Below are positions 7,630 to 17,134 of a stretch of DNA of 64,000 nucleotides, piece after piece. The translations under genes and the position numbers were made by a program. Source of the DNA: an uncultured Porphyromonadaceae bacterium (GTDB lineage Bacteria; Bacteroidota; Bacteroidia; Bacteroidales; UBA12481); the NCBI GenBank assembly GCA_964547475.1, contig CAZJNQ010000003.1, forward strand, positions 22,074 through 86,073, in the 5' to 3' direction. Numbering within the stretch: position 1 is the stretch's first letter; each line of letters starts with the position of its first letter. The notes below the pieces were generated by a model. That model did no database searches. It saw nothing but the letters and a program-made list of their open reading frames with translations, and was not told where the DNA came from.

Positions 7630-10600
7630 CTTCCTGCATGAATCCTGACGGAACCTGACCAAGCGCGGAATTCAGGGGCATAAAGGCATTGGATGGTCGA
7701 GTACCCACCGAAATAACGCCCGGCCTGTTCCGCAACCACTTCGTATTCAATCGTTTGCTGACCTTTAGGGATAAAAGGCAAATAAAAGACCACGCTTTCA
7801 GGTTCCCGGGCCTGGTACCACTGAAGTCCGGCCTTGTAGTGAAAACCCGACAATACCCTTACGGGAGCAAATCCGGCAGCCAGAAAATCTTTCAGCTCCA
7901 GATAGCTCAATTCACGATCGGAAGTGAGGATAATCCGGATCTTAAGCATCTGCCCCACCCTGACCTGTTGACCCTTCCGAAGTTGCCCCCAGTTCCCCTG
8001 GTCATCCTGGCATAATAATTCCCTCCTGACCTGAAGAGGACCATCAGTTGCAGACAATTGGTCAAGACTATGATTTTCACGGGTATAGAGTGTTCCCCAG
8101 GCTGGTCTTCCGCCCTGGCTGAATAATTTCAGGGATTCATCAGCCGGAACTGATTCCTGCTGATCCCAATTCATCCGGTAGTACCCGGTCGGTCCTGTGC
8201 TGCTGGTTTTGATCCTCAGGGGTGATATTTGTTCTTTCCCCCATCGGATCTCAACTTTCGCCGGTTGGACCGTCCAATCGGATCCATAAAAAAGGAGAGA
8301 CCTGGCTGCCCAGGCAGCGACCATTCCGTTGCCCCAGTCGCGGCCTCTTTTCTGATGGACCAGGTATAGCCTCAGTTGATCCAGGTCTTTCCGGCCCTCT
8401 TCAAGGGCTGCGAATAGCTCAATCATCCGGCTTTGCATCCACAGGTCCCATTGATGCCAGGATGAGGCAAAACCTTTTCTGGGCCAGTAGAATCCCATCT
8501 CGTCGGACTGCTTCATCCTTTCCCGCAAAGACTTGTATATCGGCACGGCAAACGCTGTCTTGCCCGACTGGATACATGCGATGGCCAGGATTGCCTGCAA
8601 GCCTGGTTCGTGGTACATCCATTCCTTCGGAATTCTTTCCATGAAATGGATCCAGGCAATCTCATCCTCCGGGGTAAAAATCGTTCCGGCATAGAAGCTC
8701 CTGGCGTAGAGATAGTGAATCAGTAAAGGATCCAGGTGTGTTTTCTGGCGGCCCAGCGAATCGGTTTTCATGATCTCACGGAACTGTTTCGACATCCTTC
8801 CGTCCAGTGCCGAGATAGTTTCGTTTATGATCGTTCTGCCTCTCTGGCTTGACATGATGTCCAGTATTTTCCAGGCTTTCATCTCACCCAGACCGGCCAG
8901 GATCATCTGGGTGGTGAACCAGTCAGAACCCATGCCCCTGAACCAGGGCCATGAACCGTCAGGATTCCGCATGCTGATCAGTTTCTCGAGGACAAAAGCC
9001 ATTTCCTTGTCCCTTTTGTCCCTGTCCATCCACTCGCGAATTTGCAGAACGCGGGCTTTCTCATTCCCCTCTACCCGGTTCCAGGGTGAAGATGCCCAAT
9101 CTGTCCCCTTGATTGCCTGGTTGCGCAACATAGGATGGCTGAGCGAATCGAGGATCACTTCCGGAGGATTATCAAGATAAAACCGGGACACCTCCGGCAT
9201 CCGATCAGCGATGAGGCCCGTGACGCCTGCCAGATAGAGCCTGCTGTACCAATATTCCGAGCAATCCCTTTCCTTGCCGATAATGACGGGAAGAGACTGT
9301 AGAACCTGCCATGCGGGAGTGGTGACCACCTCCAGGATGGCTTCCCTGGCCTCCCCGGTCACCTTTATTTCCTTTGAACCGGGCTCGTTCAGGTAGAAAG
9401 GCAGCGACCTCCAGAGTTCAACCTGATCGGGATAAATGTCTATCGTATCAGCAAGCCCATCCTGTACCTTCCCGTCGGAAGAAACCAGCTCATATCGCAA
9501 GTCTCCCGGCTTATCAACCGTTAATTCCCAGGTCATCAGAGCGGCATTTCCTTTTGTCAGCCGACTGGCTATGGGTTTCCAGGTTTTCAGATCCCGGCTA
9601 AGAAGGTTTCGGGCCGTAAGCAGTGACACAGGTTCAACCGTACCGTCACCGTACCAACCCAGTCGTGCAGCCAGGTTCAAGGTATCCCCGATACGGGCAA
9701 ACAGGGGAAAATGGGGTTTCAGCATCAGGTCCTTGGCAGACCGGAATCGGTGTTCAGCCAGAACAGTGGACATAGCGGAAGTGTGACCGGTCACGAGCAT
9801 TTTCCATTCCGTAAAAACTTCCGGTACCTTGAATGCCAACTCAGCAGTACCATCCGGATTTGTGACCAGGCTGCCGTTGAACAAGGCTGTCTCCCTGAAA
9901 TCCTGGCGGATTTCAATGGCTGCACCTTCTGATTTCATCGCCGCACCATCGTCTTTGCTGATTCCAGCAGCCCCTCCGGCCTCTTCTTCATTTACACTTT
10001 GCAACGCAGCATCTTCCGCAACCGGGTTTACACGGCCGGTTGCAGCCTTCATCATCGGCCTATCCATCCGGTCAATGCCGTAAAAGCCCATACCCCACCA
10101 ATTCATTTGAAGCGGTTCGGTATAGGGAACATCTACCCTTGGTGATTCGGGGGACAGCAGCAAGGAGGATGCAACCGACACAGGTGTCATCACATTGCAT
10201 ACCGGCCTTTCGGTGAAATCAGGCCATTTGGGAACCGCCCATCCGAAAGGAAGTATTTTATCAAGAGACGCATCATAGACGGTAATGCCGATGGAAGCCC
10301 GGACCGGGTTTCCGTTCTCATCTGCCAACCTCAGGAGCAGCCGGATACTGTCACCTGGCTTTACCCGGCCGACGTCATCAAATCCTTTCAAAGTCAGGTT
10401 CTTGTTTTGCCAGGGAATGATCAGGTTGAACCGCTTCTCATACACCCTGTTATCCTGAAGCATTACGAGGTGAATAACTCCGCCGCCCTGCCAGGAAGGA
10501 TCGACCTTCCAGCTCTTTTCCATAATGGTCCTCCCGGTTCTTGACCAGACCTGCTCCGTTAACCCATGCGGCAAAAGCAATTCAGTGAAAACGTAGCTTT

Positions 10601-13600
10601 TGTTTTTTGCACCGATTGTAATAACGAGTGTCTCGCCCATCCTGGGATGGTCCGAAGACAGTTCGGCACGAAAAGCTGTTCCTGCAGCCAGGGATGATCC
10701 TGCAGGTTGCCGAAGGTATATGTACTGATCCACCGTGTCAGTTAAAGCAGGATCCTCCGATGACATCCCAACCCGGTACCACCCTTCCTTCCAGGCCTTG
10801 CCGGTGATAATGGTTACAGTGGATGCAGAATCAGACTGGACCTTCATTTCCAACAACCTCGACTCAACCGGAAAATTCTTCACCAGGTGTTCGTTCCTGT
10901 AAGGTAACTGCGGTACCCGCTTGCTCCATTGCTTCTTTGTCATTATGAACCGGTCTGGTTCAGGCAACACGGGGTCGATCCAGGTGCGGCCGGGATCTTT
11001 CAGCCGGCTCAGGGTGACGGTCACCGGAAGGTTCAGCCAGCGGCCATCCGGACTGATTGTCCTGACCCTTGCTTTCAGCGTGTCCCCTATTTTTAGAATA
11101 TCGGGAAACTGTGACTCTAACCTTGCAGATCCTTTCCCGGCAAAGACAGTGACCTGTTCCTCACGAGTTTCACCGTTCCGGTCAGTGACGCGAAAGGTGA
11201 TCTGGTAATTCAGAGGCATCCCGCTGCCGTAAGGGTTGGCAGACTCCGGTATCGATTTCCATTTCCAGGTGAAATTCCCGTTTGAATCGGTGACAACCCG
11301 GGAGGAGTGAATCCTGGCCCTCCTACCCATGACAGGATACCTTCTCCAGGGGCGGTATTGCGGGAGCAGATCGGTTTCAGAAAGCACCTCCGCACCCGGA
11401 ACCGGTTCACCCGACAGTGCGGTCACCTTGCCAGTCACCTCAATCACATCACCATTCAGGTATGCCTGATGACCGCCATCGAGAACAATATCGAAGGAAG
11501 GTCTCCGGTACTGTTCCATGCTGATATTTACGGAACCATTCCTGGTAATCAGCTGGTAAGACCCTGTCAATCCTTTGGGGGGAAGGATAAAGGAACCGCT
11601 GAATACACCGAGGTCATCCACCGGTAGCCGCATTTTCTCAACAATTTGGTATCTGGGATCCTGAAGCGTCAATTCGACCGAATCCTGCCTGTGAATCATG
11701 AGTGAGTCGCCTTTCCGATCCATCAGGATTCCCCTGAAATGAAGGACATCTCCGGGTTTATAAAGTTTTCTGTCGGTATAAATCAAAGTGCTCGTCTGCA
11801 CAACTTTTTCATCCCGCATATAAACCGGGAAAAATGGTTCAGGGGTCAGGAGGGTATCTCCGCCCATGATCAGTTGAAGGCGGTAGGATTTCGGCGACCG
11901 GTCAACGCGATCCATCGCGCCGTCAGGGATTGCGAGATATCCTTCTTTTTCGGACAGATAGTTTTGGCCCCGTTCGAATTCATATCTGCGTTTCTCCGGA
12001 GAATAAGTGACAAACCAGGGAATCGCCAAAAGGCCTTGAAGGGAGGCTCCTGATTGGCGGTCGCGCAGGTAGAAAGTCCGGACTCCCTGATTCTTCTGGC
12101 TGGTTATCAAGGTTATGCGACTGACCGAAAGCGGAATGGTGAGTACTTTGGCTGTACGGAAATCCCAATCCGGTTCATTCGAAAAGCTGATCAAATAAAA
12201 TCCGGGAGCCAGTGGCCCCAGGAGGATATTCACCCGGTGTGGGTTCCTGTCCCCGTCATCGGGAATGGTTTCTGAGCCTTCCTCCTGTGGCGTGAGCAAA
12301 TCCAGTCGGGTCAGCTTTTCTGACTGGTCCATCTCATTCCACCGGGAGAAATACTCCAATGCGTTGAACCTGAATATCCTGTAATATATCCTGTGGATAT
12401 TCCTGGATTCAATGCTTGAGGGGAAAGCCCTGCCCGGTAACTGAACCGCTTCGACCTGGGCATGAAAGTCCGGTTCGAGGAGATCCGACAGCAGATTCCG
12501 GCAGTTTCTGCCGGCGGTGGTTTCATCCCACAGAATCGCTTTTCCAAGCCATCCTTCTGCCTTTTTCCTTTCTCTTTTAAACTTCAGCGTATCCTCATGG
12601 TTGATGGCGTATCTCTGTCCCATCCCCAGGTGATATTCCGCCAGGGCTTCATAGAGAATGGCGGCGTCCGCGGTTTTTTCTCTGCCGGCTGCCATTTTTT
12701 CCAGGGCTGAAGCATATAAACTGTCCCGATGGGGATGGCACGACTTTTCATAGACATATTTCAGCCTCATCAGGTCAGCCGTCAGCCGGCTATTTGAATA
12801 AAACAGCCAATCGCCGTACCACCTTAATGCCTGGTACCAGGGATTGCTGCTGTTCAGTTCCTCCTCCGGAATCGCTTTCAGAAACCGGTCGGATTCCATA
12901 AACAGCTCTTCCGAACAGAGGATGGACGGGCGCAGGGAGGCTACCGTAAAACTTTCTGATGAATTCAGGAATTCAAGGGCGCGGCGCATCAGGATATCAT
13001 ATACTGCAGGACTGTTAGCGGTATCCTTCAGGCTGCCGGTCCACAGGCCTTTGACGGAAGAGACGGGGATCTGGGAAAGCTTGCCCGGATAAGCCAGCGA
13101 TTTCCGGTAACAATCCAGGATCACACGGTAAAAATTCCCTGGCCCCCATAGCTTGAGTTGCTCTTTCAGTTCCCTTTTCTTTATCCCTTCCTCTTCAATC
13201 TTTGTCTCCGGACGCTGGCTGATATCCCAGCGATTGACCATATAATACCTTTGGTAAAGTTCTCCGAGCATGGAAAATTTCAGCGCTGTGGGAACCAGCC
13301 TGTCATCCGCGGGTTCCCTTTCCAGCAATTCGATGGCTGCTTCCTGCCCCTCCTCCTCGAGTTCCTGAGTGTATTTCAAACGGTAGATCAATGACCGGAT
13401 CTCGTTTTCCTGGTCCATATCCCTTCTTGCATCCCGGTAAACTCCATCCACGAGCGACAGAGCCGAACGATACAAGCCCTGGCCTTCCAATGAATCGATC
13501 TTTTTCCATACCAACTCTTTATCCTGCCGGATATCGAAGGTCTTTGATACAGCAGTCACCGCCACTATCGGGATAACTGTCAGGACGGATAAATACAGGA

Positions 13601-13610
13601 TTTTATTCAT
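7626..13610 (-). CDS. Alpha-2-macroglobulin family large protein (1994 aa), no CxEQ thioester motif
   Basis: Signal or anchor N-terminus. Long series of Ig-like MG-type segments and size typical of the ~1900-2000-aa Bacteroidota A2M-like proteins. The thioester position reads CSEY (9252-9263). Confidence 0.75.
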   Translation of the reverse strand: MNKILYLSVLTVIPIVAVTAVSKTFDIRQDKELVWKKIDSLEGQGLYRSALSLVDGVYRDARRDMDQENEIRSLIYRLKYTQELEEEGQEAAIELLEREPADDRLVPTALKFSMLGELYQRYYMVNRWDISQRPETKIEEEGIKKRELKEQLKLWGPGNFYRVILDCYRKSLAYPGKLSQIPVSSVKGLWTGSLKDTANSPAVYDILMRRALEFLNSSESFTVASLRPSILCSEELFMESDRFLKAIPEEELNSSNPWYQALRWYGDWLFYSNSRLTADLMRLKYVYEKSCHPHRDSLYASALEKMAAGREKTADAAILYEALAEYHLGMGQRYAINHEDTLKFKRERKKAEGWLGKAILWDETTAGRNCRNLLSDLLEPDFHAQVEAVQLPGRAFPSSIESRNIHRIYYRIFRFNALEYFSRWNEMDQSEKLTRLDLLTPQEEGSETIPDDGDRNPHRVNILLGPLAPGFYLISFSNEPDWDFRTAKVLTIPLSVSRITLITSQKNQGVRTFYLRDRQSGASLQGLLAIPWFVTYSPEKRRYEFERGQNYLSEKEGYLAIPDGAMDRVDRSPKSYRLQLIMGGDTLLTPEPFFPVYMRDEKVVQTSTLIYTDRKLYKPGDVLHFRGILMDRKGDSLMIHRQDSVELTLQDPRYQIVEKMRLPVDDLGVFSGSFILPPKGLTGSYQLITRNGSVNISMEQYRRPSFDIVLDGGHQAYLNGDVIEVTGKVTALSGEPVPGAEVLSETDLLPQYRPWRRYPVMGRRARIHSSRVVTDSNGNFTWKWKSIPESANPYGSGMPLNYQITFRVTDRNGETREEQVTVFAGKGSARLESQFPDILKIGDTLKARVRTISPDGRWLNLPVTVTLSRLKDPGRTWIDPVLPEPDRFIMTKKQWSKRVPQLPYRNEHLVKNFPVESRLLEMKVQSDSASTVTIITGKAWKEGWYRVGMSSEDPALTDTVDQYIYLRQPAGSSLAAGTAFRAELSSDHPRMGETLVITIGAKNKSYVFTELLLPHGLTEQVWSRTGRTIMEKSWKVDPSWQGGGVIHLVMLQDNRVYEKRFNLIIPWQNKNLTLKGFDDVGRVKPGDSIRLLLRLADENGNPVRASIGITVYDASLDKILPFGWAVPKWPDFTERPVCNVMTPVSVASSLLLSPESPRVDVPYTEPLQMNWWGMGFYGIDRMDRPMMKAATGRVNPVAEDAALQSVNEEEAGGAAGISKDDGAAMKSEGAAIEIRQDFRETALFNGSLVTNPDGTAELAFKVPEVFTEWKMLVTGHTSAMSTVLAEHRFRSAKDLMLKPHFPLFARIGDTLNLAARLGWYGDGTVEPVSLLTARNLLSRDLKTWKPIASRLTKGNAALMTWELTVDKPGDLRYELVSSDGKVQDGLADTIDIYPDQVELWRSLPFYLNEPGSKEIKVTGEAREAILEVVTTPAWQVLQSLPVIIGKERDCSEYWYSRLYLAGVTGLIADRMPEVSRFYLDNPPEVILDSLSHPMLRNQAIKGTDWASSPWNRVEGNEKARVLQIREWMDRDKRDKEMAFVLEKLISMRNPDGSWPWFRGMGSDWFTTQMILAGLGEMKAWKILDIMSSQRGRTIINETISALDGRMSKQFREIMKTDSLGRQKTHLDPLLIHYLYARSFYAGTIFTPEDEIAWIHFMERIPKEWMYHEPGLQAILAIACIQSGKTAFAVPIYKSLRERMKQSDEMGFYWPRKGFASSWHQWDLWMQSRMIELFAALEEGRKDLDQLRLYLVHQKRGRDWGNGMVAAWAARSLLFYGSDWTVQPAKVEIRWGKEQISPLRIKTSSTGPTGYYRMNWDQQESVPADESLKLFSQGGRPAWGTLYTRENHSLDQLSATDGPLQVRRELLCQDDQGNWGQLRKGQQVRVGQMLKIRIILTSDRELSYLELKDFLAAGFAPVRVLSGFHYKAGLQWYQAREPESVVFYLPFIPKGQQTIEYEVVAEQAGRYFGGYSTIQCLYAPEFRAWSGSVRIHAGS

Positions 13611-13686
13611 GGCCCTTTTTTTTCTGATGCAATGATCCTGCCAAAGTTAATCATCCGTCAGAATTCCGGGGATTGACCGATTCTCT

Positions 13687-13694
13687 TAACTTTG
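13687..13694 (+). promoter_or_regulatory. Candidate -7 box TAACTTTG for yicC-gmk-nadD
   Basis: Exact TAnnTTTG match 20 nt upstream of the ATG at 13714. -33 element not convincing. Confidence 0.35.
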
Positions 13695-13713
13695 CTTAAA
13701 AATCAATCTTTCT

Positions 13714-14589
13714 ATGTTACGATCCATGACCGGCTTTGGCAAGGCCACTCGTGAGATGGGCAGCCGGACCGTCAATGTCGAAATCAAAAGTCTCAACGCT
13801 AAAGGTTCCGACATTTACCTGAAACTGCCGGCTTTATACCGTGAAGGCGAGAATGAGGTGAGAAATGAGGTAAACCGGATTCTTCTGCGGGGGAAGATTG
13901 AGCTGACCGTGTGGTTTGAATCCGTCGTCACTGAAAAGAGCGTAACCCTCAACGAGGGAGTGATCCTCGACTATTTGTCCCAGTTCAGGAATCTCGAACC
14001 AGCTCTGAACGTGCCTGGGAATGAGGTTTTATTACCGGTAATCATGAGGTTGCCTGATGTGATCAGGGTCGAAAAGCAGGATTTCGATGAAGAGGAATGG
14101 AAGCAGGTAATGGAAACCATTCGTCAATGCATCAGCCAGGTCGGAAGTTTCAGGGTGCAGGAGGGCGCTGCCATTGAGCTGGACTTTAAGGAGCGGATCA
14201 GGATCATCATGGAAGGCGTCGGACGGATCCGAACGATTGAAAAAATCAGGATTGACCGCTTGAGGGAAAGGCTTGACCAGGCCATAAAGGAGATATCGGA
14301 AAAAACCAAGGTGGATTCCAACCGGTTTGAGCAGGAGCTGATCTATTACATTGAAAAACTCGATATTAACGAAGAGATGGTCAGATTAAGCAACCATTGC
14401 GACTATTTCCTTGAAACCATGGAGAAAGAGGAGAGCCAGGGACGGAAGCTTGGTTTCATTTCCCAGGAAATCGGCCGGGAGATCAATACCATCGGTTCTA
14501 AAGCCAATGATTCGGACATTCAGCGGATCGTGGTGGAAATGAAAGACGAACTGGAAAAGATCAAGGAGCAGGCGCTGAACGTGCTATAA
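13714..14589 (+). CDS. yicC: YicC/YloC family protein
   Basis: MLRSMTGFGKA start, ~290 aa, and C-terminal FISQEIGREINTIGSKAND motif. Confidence 0.88.
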   Translation: MLRSMTGFGKATREMGSRTVNVEIKSLNAKGSDIYLKLPALYREGENEVRNEVNRILLRGKIELTVWFESVVTEKSVTLNEGVILDYLSQFRNLEPALNVPGNEVLLPVIMRLPDVIRVEKQDFDEEEWKQVMETIRQCISQVGSFRVQEGAAIELDFKERIRIIMEGVGRIRTIEKIRIDRLRERLDQAIKEISEKTKVDSNRFEQELIYYIEKLDINEEMVRLSNHCDYFLETMEKEESQGRKLGFISQEIGREINTIGSKANDSDIQRIVVEMKDELEKIKEQALNVL

Positions 14590-14593
14590 ACAA

Positions 14594-14645
14594 AAGGCAG
14601 AAGGCAGAAGGCAGAAGGCAAAAGGAAAGGGTAAAGGAAAAAGAA
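14594..14645. repeat. Tandem heptamer (AAGGCAG) x4 decaying into AAAGGAA-like units
   Basis: aaggcagaaggcagaaggcagaaggcaaaaggaaagggtaaaggaaaaag read directly, between the yicC stop and the gmk start. Confidence 0.85.
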
Positions 14646-14686
14646 ATAAGTTAAAAGAGTGGGGGCTGTTGTTTACCAATGGTTTT

Positions 14687-15265
14687 ATGAAGGGTTATAA
14701 TAAGCTGATCATATTATCCGCTCCATCAGGAGCAGGGAAAACAACGATTGCCCGTCATCTGTTGGTAGCGGGGCTGGGCCTGGAGTTTTCGGTTTCAGCC
14801 TGCAGTCGGGCCAAACGGCCGGGTGAGGTCAATGGCCGGGATTACTATTTCCTCACAACCGATGAATTCAGGAAAAGCATTGAAGCTGGCTGTTTCGTTG
14901 AATGGGAAGAAGTCTATCCGGGCCAGTTCTACGGGACACTGAAATCGGAAATTGAACGGATCCACCATAAAGGTCTGTCAGTCCTTTTCGATGTGGATGT
15001 CAAAGGTGCGCTGTCACTCAAGAGGATATACGGAGAGCAGGCCCTGTCTGTTTTTATCATGCCACCTTCGCTCGAAGTGCTGAAAGAGAGATTGGAAAAA
15101 CGCGGGACTGATTCGCCGGAAAAGGTACGGATCCGGCTGGCCAAGGCGGAGATCGAGATGTTGTATGTTTCAAAATTTGATGCTGTCATAGTGAATGACC
15201 AACTAGAACCGGCTTTATCACAGGCTGAAACCCTGGTCAGGAGTTTCCTGAATGACAAAGGCTAA
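14687..15265 (+). CDS. gmk: Guanylate kinase
   Basis: P-loop SAPSGAGKTT, then RPGEVNGRDYYF. The track start at 14669 is a TTG; the first ATG is at 14687. Confidence 0.9.
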   Translation: MKGYNKLIILSAPSGAGKTTIARHLLVAGLGLEFSVSACSRAKRPGEVNGRDYYFLTTDEFRKSIEAGCFVEWEEVYPGQFYGTLKSEIERIHHKGLSVLFDVDVKGALSLKRIYGEQALSVFIMPPSLEVLKERLEKRGTDSPEKVRIRLAKAEIEMLYVSKFDAVIVNDQLEPALSQAETLVRSFLNDKG

Positions 15266-15896
15266 GCATATCGGTTTATTTTTCGGATCGTTTAATCCGA
15301 TCCATAACGGGCATCTGATGATCGCCAACTGGATGGCGGAATTCAGTGGTCTTGAGCAGGTGTGGTTTGTGATCAGCCCGCAGAGCCCTTTCAAAAGGCG
15401 ACAAAACCTGCTGGCTGGTTACCACCGGATGGAACTGGTGAACCGTGCTATTTCCGATTACCCCGGGTTCAGGGCTTCCGACATTGAAAGCAAGCTGCCA
15501 ACCCCCTCCTATACCATTGATACCCTTGTCTATCTGACCGAGCGATATCCGGATCACGTGTTTACGCTGATCATGGGTTCAGACCAACTCCCTGATTTCC
15601 ATCGGTGGAAAAATGCGGAGCATATCCTTGACCGGTACAAAGCCCTGGTTTATCCCAGGCAGGAAGGCAAGCGTAGAGCCGAGAGCGATATGAGTGACAA
15701 GGATAGAGTCAATCCTGCCGGACGCTTGACGACCCACGATCTCCTGAACCACCCGTCGATCAAGCTGGTGGAGGCGCCAATGATTGAAGTTTCATCCAGC
15801 TTTATCCGTAAATCGATCAAGCAGGGCAAAGACGTACGGTTCTTCGTACCCCCGGCAGTATGGGAGTACATGAGGGAGATGCATTTTTACGAGTGA
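15252..15896 (+). CDS. nadD: Nicotinate-nucleotide adenylyltransferase
   Basis: GLFFGSFNPIHNGHL (HxGH-type motif) and SSSFIR near the C-terminus. Overlaps gmk by 14 nt. Confidence 0.9.
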   Translation: MTKAKHIGLFFGSFNPIHNGHLMIANWMAEFSGLEQVWFVISPQSPFKRRQNLLAGYHRMELVNRAISDYPGFRASDIESKLPTPSYTIDTLVYLTERYPDHVFTLIMGSDQLPDFHRWKNAEHILDRYKALVYPRQEGKRRAESDMSDKDRVNPAGRLTTHDLLNHPSIKLVEAPMIEVSSSFIRKSIKQGKDVRFFVPPAVWEYMREMHFYE

Positions 15897-15983
15897 CTCA
15901 TGACTCGTGACTCGTGACTCGTGACTCGTGACTCGTGACTCGTGATTCGTGATTCGTGATTCGTGACTCGTGACTCGTGACTA
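15894..15983. repeat. Tandem heptamer array (TGACTCG / TGATTCG), ~13 units, filling the whole convergent spacer
   Basis: Parsed unit by unit: TGACTCA, 6x TGACTCG, 3x TGATTCG, 2x TGACTCG, TGACTA. The first unit contains the nadD TGA stop and the last contains the complement of the VOC-gene TAG stop. Confidence 0.95.
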
Positions 15984-17054
15984 ACCTTTAAAGCGATTGA
16001 AGCGGATGCCTTTAACGAGCCAGTCAGGCAGGTTCTTAAGGGGATCACGTTTTTTCATATCGACGTAAATCCCCAATTTCTTGAGGATTGGAACCCGGTG
16101 TGTCTCAACAAATTCTATCAAGGTCCCGTCGGGATCTTCGATATAGCTGAAATGTCCGGCTGCACTACCCATGCCGAAAGATTCGTCAAGTTTTTTTGCA
16201 CTGTCGACTGTGAAAGGGAATCCTTTATCCTCGCATTCTTTCTTCAGATGATGCATCCCCTGGATATCAAAACACAAATGAATGAATCCCAGGTCACCCC
16301 ACAGCCGGTTCTTAAAAATATATTCAGGTTTGCGGTTCAGAGCCTGTAATAGTTCGATCTGGCTCTCACCGAAAAGCCGGCTGAATCCGCCGGTTCGCTT
16401 TTCACTGTGGCTCAGCAGGACTCTTCTGAATTTTCCGGTTCCGCCGGGTAAGTGATAGAAATCGGCAAATTCACCCGTCTGATCGTATTCGACCCGGTCA
16501 TATCCGAGAATACCTGAATAAACCTTACTCGCACGCTCTATGTTGCTCACCCCGATGATCGCTCCGTAGGTTCCGCCTCCGTGCTTCTTGTCGTCGTGGA
16601 ACCAGGAACTTCCTTCCACAACCTCAAAAATATTGTTGAACGGGTCCTTTACGAAAAAATGTTCCTTCCCATCGGGTGTGAGCGAGATATCCCCCAGAAT
16701 CCGGGCTCCTCCCTCCAGGATAGCCTCATAGCTTTCACGAACAATCCTTGACTTGACTTTGGCGGCAAAGATGCCGAGATCGCCGGCCTGAAGGGTAAAC
16801 GCCGGAGCCTGAGGAACCCGTTTTTTGTACTGCCATATTTCAAAGCCGCCTCCACCCTGAAGGTTGACAGCGAGAGCAGCAAGTCTCTCCCGTGGCTCAC
16901 CACCGGTATAGGGCAGCATCAGTTCGGCTACGGCCTCATCCTCGAAAATGCGGATATCCATCCCAAAATTATTCCGGTACCACTTCCACGCTTCCTTCAG
17001 GTTCTCCACTCCTATCCCGATTTGCTGTATGCCCGTTATTCTTTTTTCATTCAT
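15981..17054 (-). CDS. VOC (glyoxalase/bleomycin-resistance/dioxygenase) superfamily protein, multi-domain
   Basis: GIQQIGIGVENLKEAWKWY and repeated GxxHLCF-like VOC modules. Function unknown. Confidence 0.65.
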   Translation of the reverse strand: MNEKRITGIQQIGIGVENLKEAWKWYRNNFGMDIRIFEDEAVAELMLPYTGGEPRERLAALAVNLQGGGGFEIWQYKKRVPQAPAFTLQAGDLGIFAAKVKSRIVRESYEAILEGGARILGDISLTPDGKEHFFVKDPFNNIFEVVEGSSWFHDDKKHGGGTYGAIIGVSNIERASKVYSGILGYDRVEYDQTGEFADFYHLPGGTGKFRRVLLSHSEKRTGGFSRLFGESQIELLQALNRKPEYIFKNRLWGDLGFIHLCFDIQGMHHLKKECEDKGFPFTVDSAKKLDESFGMGSAAGHFSYIEDPDGTLIEFVETHRVPILKKLGIYVDMKKRDPLKNLPDWLVKGIRFNRFKG

Positions 17055-17134
17055 ATTCTGATATTAGGTCACAAATATAAGGGTATCAACTCAGTTCCAC
17101 AGGTTTTATTATTTTCGCCATGAAAGATTAAGCC

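Noticed and set aside
15894-15983. Possibility that the tandem arrays (also 6181-6252 and 14594-14645) are CRISPR arrays
   Set aside because: The units are 7-9 bp and directly abutting, with no spacers, and no cas genes are present. They are microsatellite-type repeats, not CRISPR.
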